A program made the translations under genes and the position numbers. A stretch of DNA of 64,000 nucleotides from Azolla caroliniana (lineage: Eukaryota > Plantae > Polypodiophyta), in contig JBHGNT010000015.1 in NCBI GenBank assembly GCA_043228905.1, positions 1,426,001 through 1,490,000 of the forward strand. The letters run 5' to 3'. Below the pieces are notes generated by a model. It was not told where the DNA came from. It ran no database searches and worked only from the letters and a program-made list of their open reading frames with translations. The first letter of the stretch is position 1. Each line of letters opens with the position of its first letter. Shown here piece by piece: positions 39,764 to 53,000 of the stretch.

Positions 39764-42700
39764 CATACCTTTGCGCTAGACCACCGAGGCAGATTTGTAC
39801 CATCTCATCTTCTTCCACCGTCACGTTGATGAACCCGAGTGCGTCACAAATCTCCTTTATCTTGGTGGTGTAATCCGTAACCGACATGTCTCTTTGCCGG
39901 ATGTTGTTCAGCTCTTGCCGAAGTTGCAACTTACGAGTTGTGGTACTCGCGGCGAAAATATTCCTCAGATTTCTCCAGGCCTCCTTCGGCGTTTTTGCAT
40001 CCTTTATGTAGCCAAGCATCTGGTCGTGCACACAGAACGCGAGGCAGTACAATACTCGGCTCACTCCTTGCTCCCATACTGAGAAGTTCTCATGTGTCAG
40101 CTCCAACGCTACCTCGTTCATTCCTTCCACGAAGCTCCAATATCCATGCCCCAACAGGTACTGGTGCATCATGTATGACTAGGACGGGTAGTTGCTCTGA
40201 TCGAGCTTCTCTGTTGGAAGTGAAGTTGCCATTGTTTTGTCCATATCTTCTCTCTGTCTGTTGTTACCGGGTTCTAGGGTTCGTCTACGAAAGCAAGTGT
40301 CGACTACAAAGGTTCTCAACCCTTGCACTCACAAAACCATCTCAACCGGATAGCAACAGAGAATAAGAGGTTTAATGGAGAAGCTTAATACACAGAGAGT
40401 ATACGCGGGAGAGAGAGAGAGAGAGAGAGCAGAACATAAACTCAATTCACAATAACTCTAAAACTTTGTAAATACAATGTGTTATAACAACACTATTTAT
40501 ACAAAGTCCATAAAGGACTGACAGAAGTACTAACAGGTACTTCAATGCTCATACGAGTGACTGACACCAACTACGAGACAATGATTACCTAGTAGTCTAG
40601 GCTACTACTAGGCTTCCGGTTCCCGCTCGAATCCGGCTCTCCGATCCGTCTCCCCGATCCGGCCAATTGTTTCCGGATACCGATCCGGCTCATCCTTCCG
40701 GATGCTGATTCGGATCTGGTTAGGCTTGCTCGCTCAACATAGGGATATGTAGTTATGTGATCATGGTTGTCACCATCGTTGGTAAGGTGTGTCTTGATTA
40801 TTGCATTAGTTTGGTAACTTAGTAATTGACCTCGTAGTAGTTTTTGCTTTCATCAAGATGTTATTTGAATCCTTTGGTCTTATTTATTTAGTCTTTGTAT
40901 AATGAGTTGGGCTCGAGCGACCACATGTATCCCAACCTCAAAAGGTGTGACAAACATAGGTTGATGGAAACCTTTTTGTTCTTTCTTGGCCATGTAGATA
41001 CTATGTGGACATGAACATATCCCTCACACATGGCCTCTAGTGTTAATCGTGTCATAGGGTTTTGTACCCTTTGATTAGTTGATGTGGTAAGGTTGTTAGT
41101 CAAGGGGGTAATGTTCTTGTGTCATTGAACAATCATTGGGCACATTAGGATCTTGAAAATTGAAACACTTCACTTCATGTCCTCTTTGAAGTCTTATTAA
41201 CTCTTGTCTTGGGGTGCATTGGTCATGGCACAGTACATATACAATGGTGTATCAAGAGAATACCTCACCTTCTTGTCCTCCATTTGCCTAATCTTGTGAA
41301 TCATTTGAATAATAGGGTGGTGAGCTCCCTGACCTAAGACACTTCTTAGTGATCATTTTGAGGGTTGAAAAGCCTCATTACCACACTGATTAAGGGGTAT
41401 TAAGATGATGTGATGGTGAACCTTATCTATATAAATGTGTGTGTTGGGCATCGTTGATGTTTGTCTATTTGAGTATATAGTTAGTGTTGAGATATCAAGC
41501 TCAACTAGATTTGGTTAGCTAGTCAACACATGTAACTTAGTAGTTACCTAGATATAATCTAGTTAGTGTGTTGTCCTTAAAGCCTTAAATAGGATTTTGT
41601 ACTTGAGTGGGATACATTGTAGATCCTCCACTCCCATGATCATTTAATATAGGACTTACACCTTTGTACCTATATTGTACTCACACATGTGCACCTTTGC
41701 ACATGAGATGTATATAGACCTCATTGTCAGTATTTTTGTATTGGATGATGTTTTTTAATACAGTTAATCATCCCCCATCTTGTCTCGTTGTTCATAAGTG
41801 TTAACTTCCTCTCTCTCTTCCTCTCACACACATACACACACATATCACTTAATCTTCCGCTTAACTTAATCACATAATTAGGTACTAATTAACCCTTGCT
41901 TAATTACCTAATTATTAACAGTTAGACATAAATCCACTTTGTTCTAGTGGGCATCCAATGGGTCCCATGATACTAGCTTTTATGGTTGTAAAGATTTTTG
42001 AGGGTGATCCTCATCATGTTGTTGAGAGGCCTCTTTATGGGGTAGGTGAGATGTTCCAATTCTAGAGTTCATGTGGACTCCTAGAGTTGGCTTGTGGATG
42101 GTGCTTAATGAGATTATGCTCATGTGAGAATTATGGGTAAAGTTAGATTTGAGTTGTCTATCATTAAATATTTCTTTATCAAGGATTTCTAACTTCCATA
42201 GGCACGTCAAGTGAGAGTCATTCTATAGTTCACTTGTCAATCCCCCTTATTATTTCCCTATCGATGACCTCAACCTATTCAGCTTACCTTCGAAAATTTG
42301 AAGCAAATTCGATTAGGACCGATGCGACTACAAGTAACCAAAGTTTTTAAGAATCTATCAATACATTCCAAAATTCTTGAAAGTTGTTTGTCACGATATT
42401 CAAATGTATGTTTTCACTCAAGAAAATTTTGACTATATTGAGTTGACCCATGCGTCTTACTAAAAAACAGAACACCCCATGTGGATTATAAGGCATTCAA
42501 GTGGCACAATGGGTTGCTTTTTAACAAAGGTCTTCTAAGTATTACTAGAGAGGCATTTTTTTTAAAAAGTTAGGATGTATTGTCATAATGATTATATGGA
42601 TGGACATTATGGGACTCATAAGACAATAGAATTGTTTACTAGGATCATTTTGGTAACCCCATATTCGTAGTTTTGTCGAAGATTCCATTCATACATGTAA

Positions 42701-42997
42701 CACATGTCATACACACATGCCTCAACATCACCTACATTGGTTACAACCATTACAAAACTTAAAAACACCTAGGAAATCTATTTCATTAGACTTTCTATGG
42801 TGTCACATAAATGCGTGTGCATGTGCTACTCTTTTTCTTTTTCCAAACAAAGATACACCCTGGTATTATAAAATCATAAGCAATACAAAAATTGATGGTT
42901 GTTTTAGTGAGAAGAACAACACCACCAAAACAAAGCTAATGCCAACCATAAATTCATCCATCTATTCATGAGGAGAAAGGGACCTAAAAACTTTTTT

Positions 42998-43310
42998 GAT
43001 TCATGGATATTTGCAGCCTCCATGCCGATGAGAGATGGCTGAAATAATACTTTGGACATCGGAATCGTTGTACACATGTAGTTATCACTCCATTCCACAA
43101 TATAACATTTCAACTTGACAACTTTCCAAGCAGTTTTTGTGCTTTCAAAGGAACACTACATTTAACATACATGCTGATCAAAACAGTTGCTATATATGAG
43201 CTTTGTCCAACAACCCTTTTTCCCACAATATATGCATGTATTCTAGAATCTTCACAAAGATCCTTCCACCAAGCACAAGCTTTGAGAAATGACACAACAT
43301 TGAAATCTTC
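42998..43310 (-). pseudogene. Chimeric fragment: PPR motif fused to an actin segment
   Basis: FLKAC..IATVLISMYVKC..NVILWNGVITTCVQ runs in frame into RFRCP, then after a 1-nt slip VLFQPSLIGMEAANIHE (actin). Confidence 0.85.
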
Positions 43311-43399
43311 TTTTGACATTCTCTTCTTTTCTCTTTTAAGTGTTGATACCATAATGTTCTTCTTCCCCTGTTTTCTCTTAAATTTCCCTGTTTTAAATT

Positions 43400-46300
43400 T
43401 TTGACCGATTCCCTTGTACTCTCATCATAGCCGATTTGTTGAGCATAGTCAACCGTAGCAGCAACTTTCCAGCACCATTCCTCATAGTCGATTTGATGTG
43501 TATATGCAAGAACAACACATATTTGTACACCATATCTCCGAAATTTTTATCGTCTACTCCTCCCAAACTTCAATTGAGCATTCAATGAACCCTATAGCAC
43601 CCAAAATCTGTAACAACAGAATGTCCATAATCAAAGTTAGTAGACATTGTTTCCCAAAATCACTAGAACAGTATACATCCAAATTATCTTATCTCCATCT
43701 TCCCTAAAAATGAGCATAGAGGTCCATATCCTTTTAAAATGCATTTTCTTCCTGAAAATGGCATCAGCATTGCCTGTGAAACTTTCATACTGACCACGTA
43801 ATGTATGAACAAGTAACAACCAGAATTCAACAATTATAACAACAACATCCTGAGTTACATGATCAAATATTGATGCGCATTGCGCTTTCCAAATTACCCA
43901 CATCAAAATAAATGAAATTGTCTTCCATATAATATCATCCCTAAATTGCAAACTGTCACTTATAAAGGGTTGAACCATTTGTATATGAGGAGGAACTATG
44001 TGAAAAGCTTCCACTATATCCTCCTTTTCATATAACAAGAGTTGATCCTCTAGAATACCCCACATAACCGCACCCCAAGTGACCACACAATTAGCATGTA
44101 TCAATATCAACAACCTTAATACTCTCTGCCATATTTGCATAATTTTAGGACAAGACCACAATACATGCTTAATTGATTCTACCATACATCCACAACCAAA
44201 ACCACATGACTTACTATCTAATTGCCGGAACCAAGCCCGAACTAGTAGTGCATAATGGATCAATAACCAGTGAAAAAGGACAATCTTCCTGGGAATCTGC
44301 ATACTCCATAACCATTTCCAATATTTAGATGCCTCCATTAAAGAGGCTCCATTCGCCAACCACACTTTCATAGCGGATGGCGGATGAAATTTCCTACTTA
44401 AGAGCAACTTTCGTCCCAACAACTCACAAAATATTGGATCTAAAATCCATGTTTTACCCGATTTACCAATCACTCTCACCGGATATTGCAATGTCGTTTG
44501 CCAAATTGATGATTCCACATCAGTCTGCCATAATCTTCCTTCCTCGGACACATCAAAATAGTAACAGACTCCTTGAGATGTTGTTCCTTTTACTCCTATA
44601 ATAACACCAACCGGAGTAAAATATCCAAACCAAACATGCTCAAAAGAAGGTGACCAATTAGAGAGAAAATTCCCTAAAGATGATTGAATTTCATCAAACA
44701 TAACTCTAAAACCTCTACACATGGTAGCATCTAGCTGTGAATTATTCAGATGAAAAACATAATTTTCCCAAGAGGCTACCGCGGTAGCTATACCATTATC
44801 CAACGTAGGCCACTATAATCGTGGTCTACTGCCGCAATAGTTCTTCATTCGAAGAGGGGCATCTACGAAAAAAAATAAATTTAACAGCTTCCCATGCTTT
44901 ACAAATACCAACCATAAAACCATGTATCGGACCATGTATCGGTCTCATCTTAAAATTTGACAAGAATGCCCATCTTAGAGATTGTTTCCAACCCCTCCCC
45001 CGGTAGATGGTTTAATATCAAACAATCGATTTAAAAGCAACTCTGACCATATACCTTGAGCCGGCAACATAGCCCTAACAACAAATTTTGCCAAAAGAGC
45101 CTTAAATTGGCTGTCTAGGTCCACGAACCCTAAACCACCATTAGAAAATTGCGTCGTAAGTGTCGACCAGGCTACCTTCACACGAGCATCATTATTACTT
45201 CGTCCTATCCAAATAAAGTTTCGAACCATTCGTTGAATCTGTAACAAACAGGATCTAGAGAACAAACATGTAGATGCAATATACCACATCGATGAAAGGA
45301 GAACTTGATTAGCTATCATTACTCTGCCTGCTAAAGACAACTTTGTAATGTCCCAAATCAACAATTTTTTCCTAAGTGATAACATTAGAGGAGCTAACAA
45401 TCGTTCCTTATTCACATTTATACCAACCTCACATCCTAAGTAACGAACTGAAACTCCTTCTTGAATCCAACGAAAAAACTCAGATGGTCTCCATGATGGC
45501 AATGGCGGCGTAGAAACCCAAAAACCCACTAATTTACACCAATTAACTTTTGCACCAGAGGCAACACAAAATGTTTCCAATGCAGCTTGTGCTTTATACA
45601 AATTACCTTCTTCAGCGCGCAAGTATAGTGTTGTATCATCTGCAAACTCCACATCTAGAATCATCTTGTTAGAGATCAGTACGACCAACCCTTGGATCCC
45701 AGCACCTGTTGAATTTAAAAATGCTGAAAATACCTCTGTAACAATAAGAAATAAAAAAGGGGCTAACAGACACCCTTGGCGAACAGATCGTGACATTTGA
45801 AACCTTCGTCCTCTACCGCCTGCTACTAAGATAGAACTATAAGCTAATCTATACAAAGCTGACACTACAATAATCCAAGCTTCTGGAAACCCTAATCTTC
45901 TCATCGCCTCTTCTAAAAAGTCCCAATTCACTCTATCATAGGCCTTTTCAAAATCTACCAATAAAATTACTAAGTCCTCTTTATTTGCCATAGCTAAGGC
46001 GGACAACTCCCAAAACAAAAAAATAATCAAATATACTCCTATCTAGCATGAAACCTGTCTGAGAAGTATGAATAATATCAGGCAATAAAGGTTGCAAACG
46101 CAATGCCAATATCTTAGCATACATTTTGTAAACTGTATTAAGTAATGTGATCGGTCGCCATGCCCTAATGTCCTCCGTGGCTCCATCCCCTTTAGGGATA
46201 AGACAAATCAGCCCCTCCTTCCATTCCTTTGGTAGGGCTCCCGAATCAAAAATTATCTGAAAAGCACTAGTTAAATCATCAGCTATAATGTCCCAATACT

Positions 46301-49165
46301 GTAAGAAAACATCTCTTATTAGTCCATCCTCTCTCGAGCAAACCTCGGAACCCAAAGATTTTTTAATGCTTGTAGAACCTCAAAAGAAGAAAAAGGGCAT
46401 AAAAGAGTTTGAACCATTCGATTTGTAACACATGGTTTTGTTGTACCAAAAACTATACCCCTCATTTCCATTACATTTTGACTCACCTCATCAGCAGACA
46501 AGAATTGTTCATAATATCACGATGCCAACTCTCGCATTTCATCTGGATCTGTTGCAAGAGTACCATCATTCCTCTTTAATGCACCCATCTGAAACTTCCG
46601 CGGTCTTGGAGTAACTACATCAAAATATAATTTGGACATTTTGTCCCCTTTTTTAGAACATTTTGTTGCAACTACAAAGTATTTAAAATCGGCCATTTTA
46701 GATTGCATAAAATAAATCTCGTCTCTTAACTTCCGTAAGTTGTTTTCAAGATAATTTGAATTGATATCTCTTTCTTGCAAATATTGAATCGAGGCCAACC
46801 CTCTTCTTGCATTTGCCAAACAAGAGATAAGAAAAAAATTCTTATCGTTAGCCTTGCCGAAAAGCAGTTTCTTAAGCTGAAATAATGCCACGAAAACCTT
46901 AGTTAACTTGTCAGGAGCAAAGACATTAGACCAAAGGAAAGCAACACTCTCTGCAATAGAATCATCCTTCAGAATCCACTTTGGAATCTTAGCATGATCA
47001 TGACATACAGCCACTGGCAATTTCAAAGTTAGCTTTACTAGTGCATGATCTGACAAGTTTTTACCCGGCACTATCCCTAGAGATCCACCTAACTCCCAAA
47101 AAAATTGATCCGCGTAAAACCTGGCAATCCTAGAGAGATTGGCATCCGCTACCCGCTTGTTCGATCGAGAAAATTGCAAAGACTCTACCCTTCTTGCAAA
47201 AGGCTGCATAAACCACAAATCCTGCAAGTTAAATTTAAAGGATAATTTTTCCCACTCAACCAACTCAGCACCTGAGATTGTAACTGTGCTCCCACCCATA
47301 CGATCTGAAGGGACTTCAAGCATATTAAAGTCCCCAACAATGCACCAATGATCCATTACAGGGAGATCATTCCACAGTTGGCACCAAAATTGTGCCCTTC
47401 CCCTTCCTGAATTCGGCGCATAAACATTCAAGAAGCCAACTTTTTTCTCTAATATCTTTAAGACTATAAATTGGGCACGACCACCCTGTAAAAAACCTTT
47501 GTCTACAATCAAAGAGGCCCATTTTTCAGAACATGCAATAGCAAGCCCCCCTTGCATTCTAGATGGCCCATAAGCCGGAATCCAATCATAAAACCACCTT
47601 ATGTTCAAGAATTTACGAATTTTAACCACCCTATTTTGTGATAAATGATGTTCTTGTATCAATAAAATGTCAAATTTACCCACATACTAGGATGAAAGTT
47701 CCTGATTAAACAAGCCTTTCACTTTATGAAATTTATCACCTCCTAACCCTTGTACATTCCAAGAGAGTAAAGTCAACGAATCCATATCACAAGGAGAGAG
47801 GTAACAACCTTTTATCCTTCAAGATATCACTTCGTTCCTTCTAAGCTGAAGAAACTGCCCTAGTAATTCTTTTTTCCATATTAGAATTTCTATTATCCTT
47901 GTATACTCTATTTTTGTTATTCCCTACAGCCTCAACTACACTATTAGATGTTGAAAATTTATACAGAATGGGAACATTTTCAGCATGCAACACCATCTTC
48001 TTTGAGTGATCCTCTACATTCTTTCTAACAATCTTAGCATAAGAAAATGGCACAATATCCTTAGATATAGAAATTTGCTGAATTTCTAGCTTAAAAGGAC
48101 ATACTTGGATGTTTGATTGATTCTCTAAATGTTGCACCAACTTTTGAACCTTTGAAGAATTACTCATAGGCACTACATCGTCACAAAGACCAACCTCCCT
48201 AACCATACTAACTTGTTGGGTATCAACAATAGGTAACGGCTCGTAATGTGCTTCCACAGCCTGCGAAACGGTATTCAAAAGTGGAAAATGTTGCAAAGGA
48301 TTATCATAAATTCTATCAGGCAATTCAATTTTTTTCTTTCCTCAAAACACCTTATTTCTATTCACGGTCTCCCATTGCAAAGAGTTTTGAACAAGACCTT
48401 CACCAAACGAGGTAGTATCTTGTTCCAATGGACAAGCTTTGGCAATATGACCTATTTCCCTACACCTATAACATTGATTCAGTAAACCATAATATACAAC
48501 TTTTTGAAGTTTTTGAAAGGCATTTCCATCTAGTTTGGGCAATCGAATCCATTGTGGCAATTTGTCCCCTTTCCTACATAATAATTTCACTGACGGAGCT
48601 CCTCCTTCCAAAACGTCATTCTTAGTACGTGACTGAAATGCCAAGACCTTACCAATAGATGCACCTAGTTTAGGCAATATCTTCCTCCATTCTTTCTCCA
48701 AATTTGAGAAAACCGTTGTACAAGTGAACATAGCGGTTGAATCCTCTTGTAATGCAAGTGTATTAAATCTGTGACGCCACGGATAAAAGACCGCCAGGGC
48801 ACCCTTAAGATCCGCCGAGCCCCATGACAAGAGACGAGAAACCGATTCTCCGTTCTCAAATTCCAATTGATAGCAACCCCGTCCTAATATTTGAATGTCA
48901 ATCATTTTATCCAAATCTGATTGGATGGCAACCTGTAACAAATGTCAAAGATCCCCTTTGCTCAGTTGGCTTCCCAAAATATGTACCACTATTGAGACGG
49001 CCTGAAGACGAATTACCTCTTGCATAACAATCACTTCATCCTCTAGTGCTAGGCTAATGTCTAAAGTCCCTTCGACTGAGATTGGGTTGAGAGCTAATGC
49101 ATTGGATCGCTCTCAGGGCGTTGATGTTGATGGTCCCTCCATGGCTAAGTAGATACTTCTCTCTC
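43400..49165 (-). mobile_element. L1-clade LINE, near full length, decayed; 3' end approximate
   Basis: ORF1 49142-47841 with CYRCREIGHIAKAC knuckle. ORF2 from ATG 47785 (MDSLTLLSWNVQGLG, QEHH, NVYAPN, GDFN, SDH endonuclease), RT (WRPITLLN, DFEKAYDRV, QGC, FADD) and zf-RVT (ESIKHVLWSCP) ending 43637; several stops and frameshifts. Confidence 0.92.
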
Positions 49166-50002
49166 CTTTTTATATATTGTATCTTCCCTAATTTTTGTTA
49201 AATAAATCTGTTATTTAGAATAGAGAAGAGGATTACCATGATAAATTGATTCTTCTCTGCTAATCCTTGCTAATTTTGGTGGCCACTCGCTTCCATAGGA
49301 GAGGAAAATAAGTTGTGCAGGGGTAGTGATGACAACAGAGATTCTAGGAGAGGAAATAGGATATGCAGGGGCAGTGATGGGGACAACAGAGCTCTCAGAG
49401 ATCATTATAGTGCATGTGCTACTCTAGCGAGACCATAGAGGACTTAAACCAAGGAAGACATTATCTTGTTGGAGAGGAACTTGTAATGGCGTTTTCTAGA
49501 AACATTCTTGTGTTTTCTACCCTTTCTTGGGCTCCTCTTGTGGATTGCCCTTGTAGGATGACCTCGTGTAAATCCTCTTTGTGGGTTCAAAGGGTGCTCA
49601 TGATTTGGGCTCTCATGCAATGAACCAACACTCATGCAAAGAACAAGCACTCACACAATGAACTGGTAGTCATGCAAAGAATAGTCGCCCACATGAAGAA
49701 CAGTGCTCATGCTTTCAAAGAGCTCTCATGTAATGGAGGAGCTTTTGTGGATTCAAAGGCGCTCTTTTAAATCCCCATTTTTTGGATTCCTTTCATAGAA
49801 TCTCTTCTTGTAATGAATGGGTCATTGTGCTCTCGTTGAATGAACAAACATTGAGCATGGAATTATTTGGCACTCATGGAATCAACGGTTGCTTGTGGAA
49901 TCGAACGGGGCACTCATGGAATGAACAACTGATTGGGCAATGAAGGGGATCCCATGGAATGAATGTTCACTCATGGAATTAATGGGAGATCATGCAATGA
50001 AG

Positions 50003-53000
50003 TGTAAGGAATAGGCCCTTCTATTCACCTTCACCGCTCGGCCACAACCGAGTAAGCGCGAATCAATGGAGCAGAAAATAGGAACCACAAAGAGAAACAA
50101 AACGCGAGTACACAGGGATTAACGTGGAAAACCCTAGACGGGAAAAACCACGGGAGTACAAGACTCCAAACCAACACTATACAGAGAAGTATACAATGGC
50201 GAGCTGCAAGGCGACGACCTTGAGCTCGCTGTCCTCGCCACAGGCGGCGGAAATACACAGAGGCGTCTACCTCTTCCTCTCTCGCGCTCTATCTCTCTCT
50301 CTCTCTCTCTCACGGCTGCTTACACTTCACTCCTCTTGAGTGGAAAAACAGAAAAATGAGAAGCAACAACAAAACTGTTTGCCCTAAGTCATATTTATAC
50401 TTATATGACTTTGGGCTATTTACAACTGTAGCCTCAGGGGCCCATAGCGAACATATTCACGGATATGTCCCTGCATCCGGATCGCTCTCCGGGTACATTC
50501 GTCATCCGGTACCGAAACCGGGGTCTTCGTCATCCGGATCCGAAACCGAAACTGGGCTTGTCGGCATTCATCTCCGATATCCGACCATCCCATCCGAAAG
50601 GGACCGAAATCCCAACAAACTCCCCCTTCACTTCGGCATGGGATGTCTCTCCAATCCGATCCTCTTCCGGCATGCTTCCAGCTTGTCGGGTGTGAGCACC
50701 TTGGTCAGCATATCCGACCCGTTCTCGTCCGTGTGGACCTTCGTTAGCACGAACTCCTTGTCTTCTATCCTTTCCCGGATCCAGTGATATCTTCGCTGGA
50801 TGTGCTTCGTCCGGGAGTGATAGGCCACGTTCTTCGCAAGGTGGATTGCACTCTGACTGTCGCAGTAGAGTCGGTACTCCTCCTGTTGGATACCGAGCTC
50901 TCTAATGAAGTCCTTCATCCATATTATTTCCTTGCCGGCTTCAACAGCCGCCATGTACTCCGCCTCCGTGGTTGACAGCGCAACCGTCTTCTGCAGCCTC
51001 GACTGCCATGAAACAGCTCCCCCTGCATACGTCATCACATACCCTGATGTGGACCGGCTGGTATCTGCATCAGCTGACATATCCGAATCGGTAAAGCCGT
51101 CGAGTTCGGGCTTTCCGGAGCCGAATCGGAGGCACACGTTTGCCGTGCCCTTCAGGTATCGGAGTATCCACTTGGCCGCGTTCCAATGCTCTTTGCCGGG
51201 ATTGCTCATGTACCGGCTCACCACTCCGACTGCATATCCGATGTCCGGTCTCGTACACACCATGGCGTACATCAAGCTCCCGACGGCTGAGGCATACGGC
51301 ACTTTCATCATATCCTCCTTTTCAGCCTTTGTCTTGGGACTTTGCTTGCTGGACAGCTTGCAGTTTGTCGGGAGGGTCGATCCGACCGGTCTTGCTTCCG
51401 ACATGTTGAACCGGTGAAGCACCTTCGTCACGTACTTCTCCTGTGACAGCCACAACTGCTTCTTCTTCCGGTCCCGGATGATGTGCATCCCTAGTATTTG
51501 CCTCGCCGGACCCAGGTCCTTCATTGAGAAGGTTCGGTGAAGAGCCTTCTTCAGCATCCGTATCTTGACCTGGTTCCGTCCGACGATCAACATGTCGTCC
51601 ACGTACAGGAGGAGTATTAGAAAGTCTCCTCCTTCGAATTTCTTCACAAACACGCAGTGGTCGGACTGCGTTTTGAGGTACCCTTCGTCGGTCATGAAGG
51701 AGTCGAACTTCCGGTACCATTGCCGGGGAGCCTGCTTCAGTCCGTAAAGGCTCTTCTTCAGCCGGCATACCAGGTGCTCCTTCCCTTTCTTCTCGAATCC
51801 TTCCGGTTGCTGCATGTAGATCTCTTCTTCGAGGTCACCGTGAAGGAATGCCGTCTTCACGTCCATCTGTTCTACCTCGAGGTCCATGCTTGCCGCTATG
51901 CTCAGCACCGTCCGGATGGAGGTCATCTTCACTACCGGGGCAAATATCTCGTCGAAGTCGACGCCCTTCTTCTGCTGAAACCCCTTCACCACGATCCTGG
52001 CTTTGTATCTCGGGGGGTTTCCGGCATCTCCCGGTTTCAGCTTGAACACCCACTTGTTTCGAAGTGCCCGCTTTCCTTTCGGCAACTCCACAAGTTCATA
52101 TGTGTGGTTCTCATGTAGGGAATCCATCTCGTCCTGCATGGCACTCAACCACCTGCGGCTCTGGGTGTCATGCTTTGCTTCTTCAAAGCTCTCCGGCTCC
52201 CCCTCGTCGGTTAGCAGCACGTGCTCTGGTTCCGGAAATCTCCGGGGGGCCCTTCTCTCTCTTAGAGGATATCTCCGTTCCGGAGCTTCGGTAACCGGTT
52301 CTTCCGATTCTTCTTCATCCGAATCCATTTCGGGATCGGGGCCGGTTCCGGTATCATTTTCGTCTTCTTCGGCCGGTTCGGTTTCTTCACCGTCTTCGGC
52401 CGGATCCTCGAGTGCTAACCGGTCCCTTGCCGGTCGGGACTGCTCCTCGTAGAGTTTATCCTCACCGGTTGACTTGGAGCTCTTCATCTTCTTCTCCGAC
52501 TCCCAGTCGGCGAGTGTCTTGTCCTCCATGAAGATGATGTCTCGACTCCTGAATATCTTCTTGTCAACCGGGTCCCATACTCGGTAGCCGAACTCGTCGT
52601 CGCCGTATCCGAGGAATATGCATGGCCGGGTCTTTGGATCTAGCTTTCCTCTCCGGTCCTTTGCCACATGCACGTATGCGAGACACCCGAACACCTTCAG
52701 ATGCCGGTAGGATACTTCCCTACCGGTCCACACTCTCTGCGGCGTGTCTCCGCCCAAAGGTACTGAGGGTGATCTGTTTATCACGTATGTCGCCGTCGAC
52801 ATCGCCTCAGCCCAAAAACCCTTGGGTAATTCCGCATGCGCCAGCATACTCCGGACCCTCTCCATTATGGTCCGGTTCATCCTCTTGGCCAGCCCGTTCA
52901 GTTCCGGCGTCTTCGGCACAGTAAACTCGAGCCGGATTCCCTTCGAGCGACAGTACTCCTGGAACTGCCCCCGGTATTCCCCTCCGTTATCCGCTCGTAT

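Larger units (their letters stand above)
26878..40739 (-). mobile_element. Ty1/copia element A (decayed; host of nested insertions)
   Basis: TSD TAGGG (26873-26877 and 40740-40744); 3' LTR 26878-27302; 5' LTR remnant about 40345-40739, roughly 30 substitutions apart. PPT 27303-27314; gag 40244-39764 (KLDQSNY..HQYLLGHGYW); integrase about 37727-36900; RT about 36500-35300 (LLYVDDLV); RNase H about 35450-27950 across the gypsy 1 insertion (HARTKHIEVHYHF, ADIFTKPL). Confidence 0.92.

Noticed and set aside
49170-50002. Decayed element hosting copia C (continuing 55351-55778)
   Set aside because: Only short degenerate repeats (CACTCATGGAAT); no diagnostic domain or ends.
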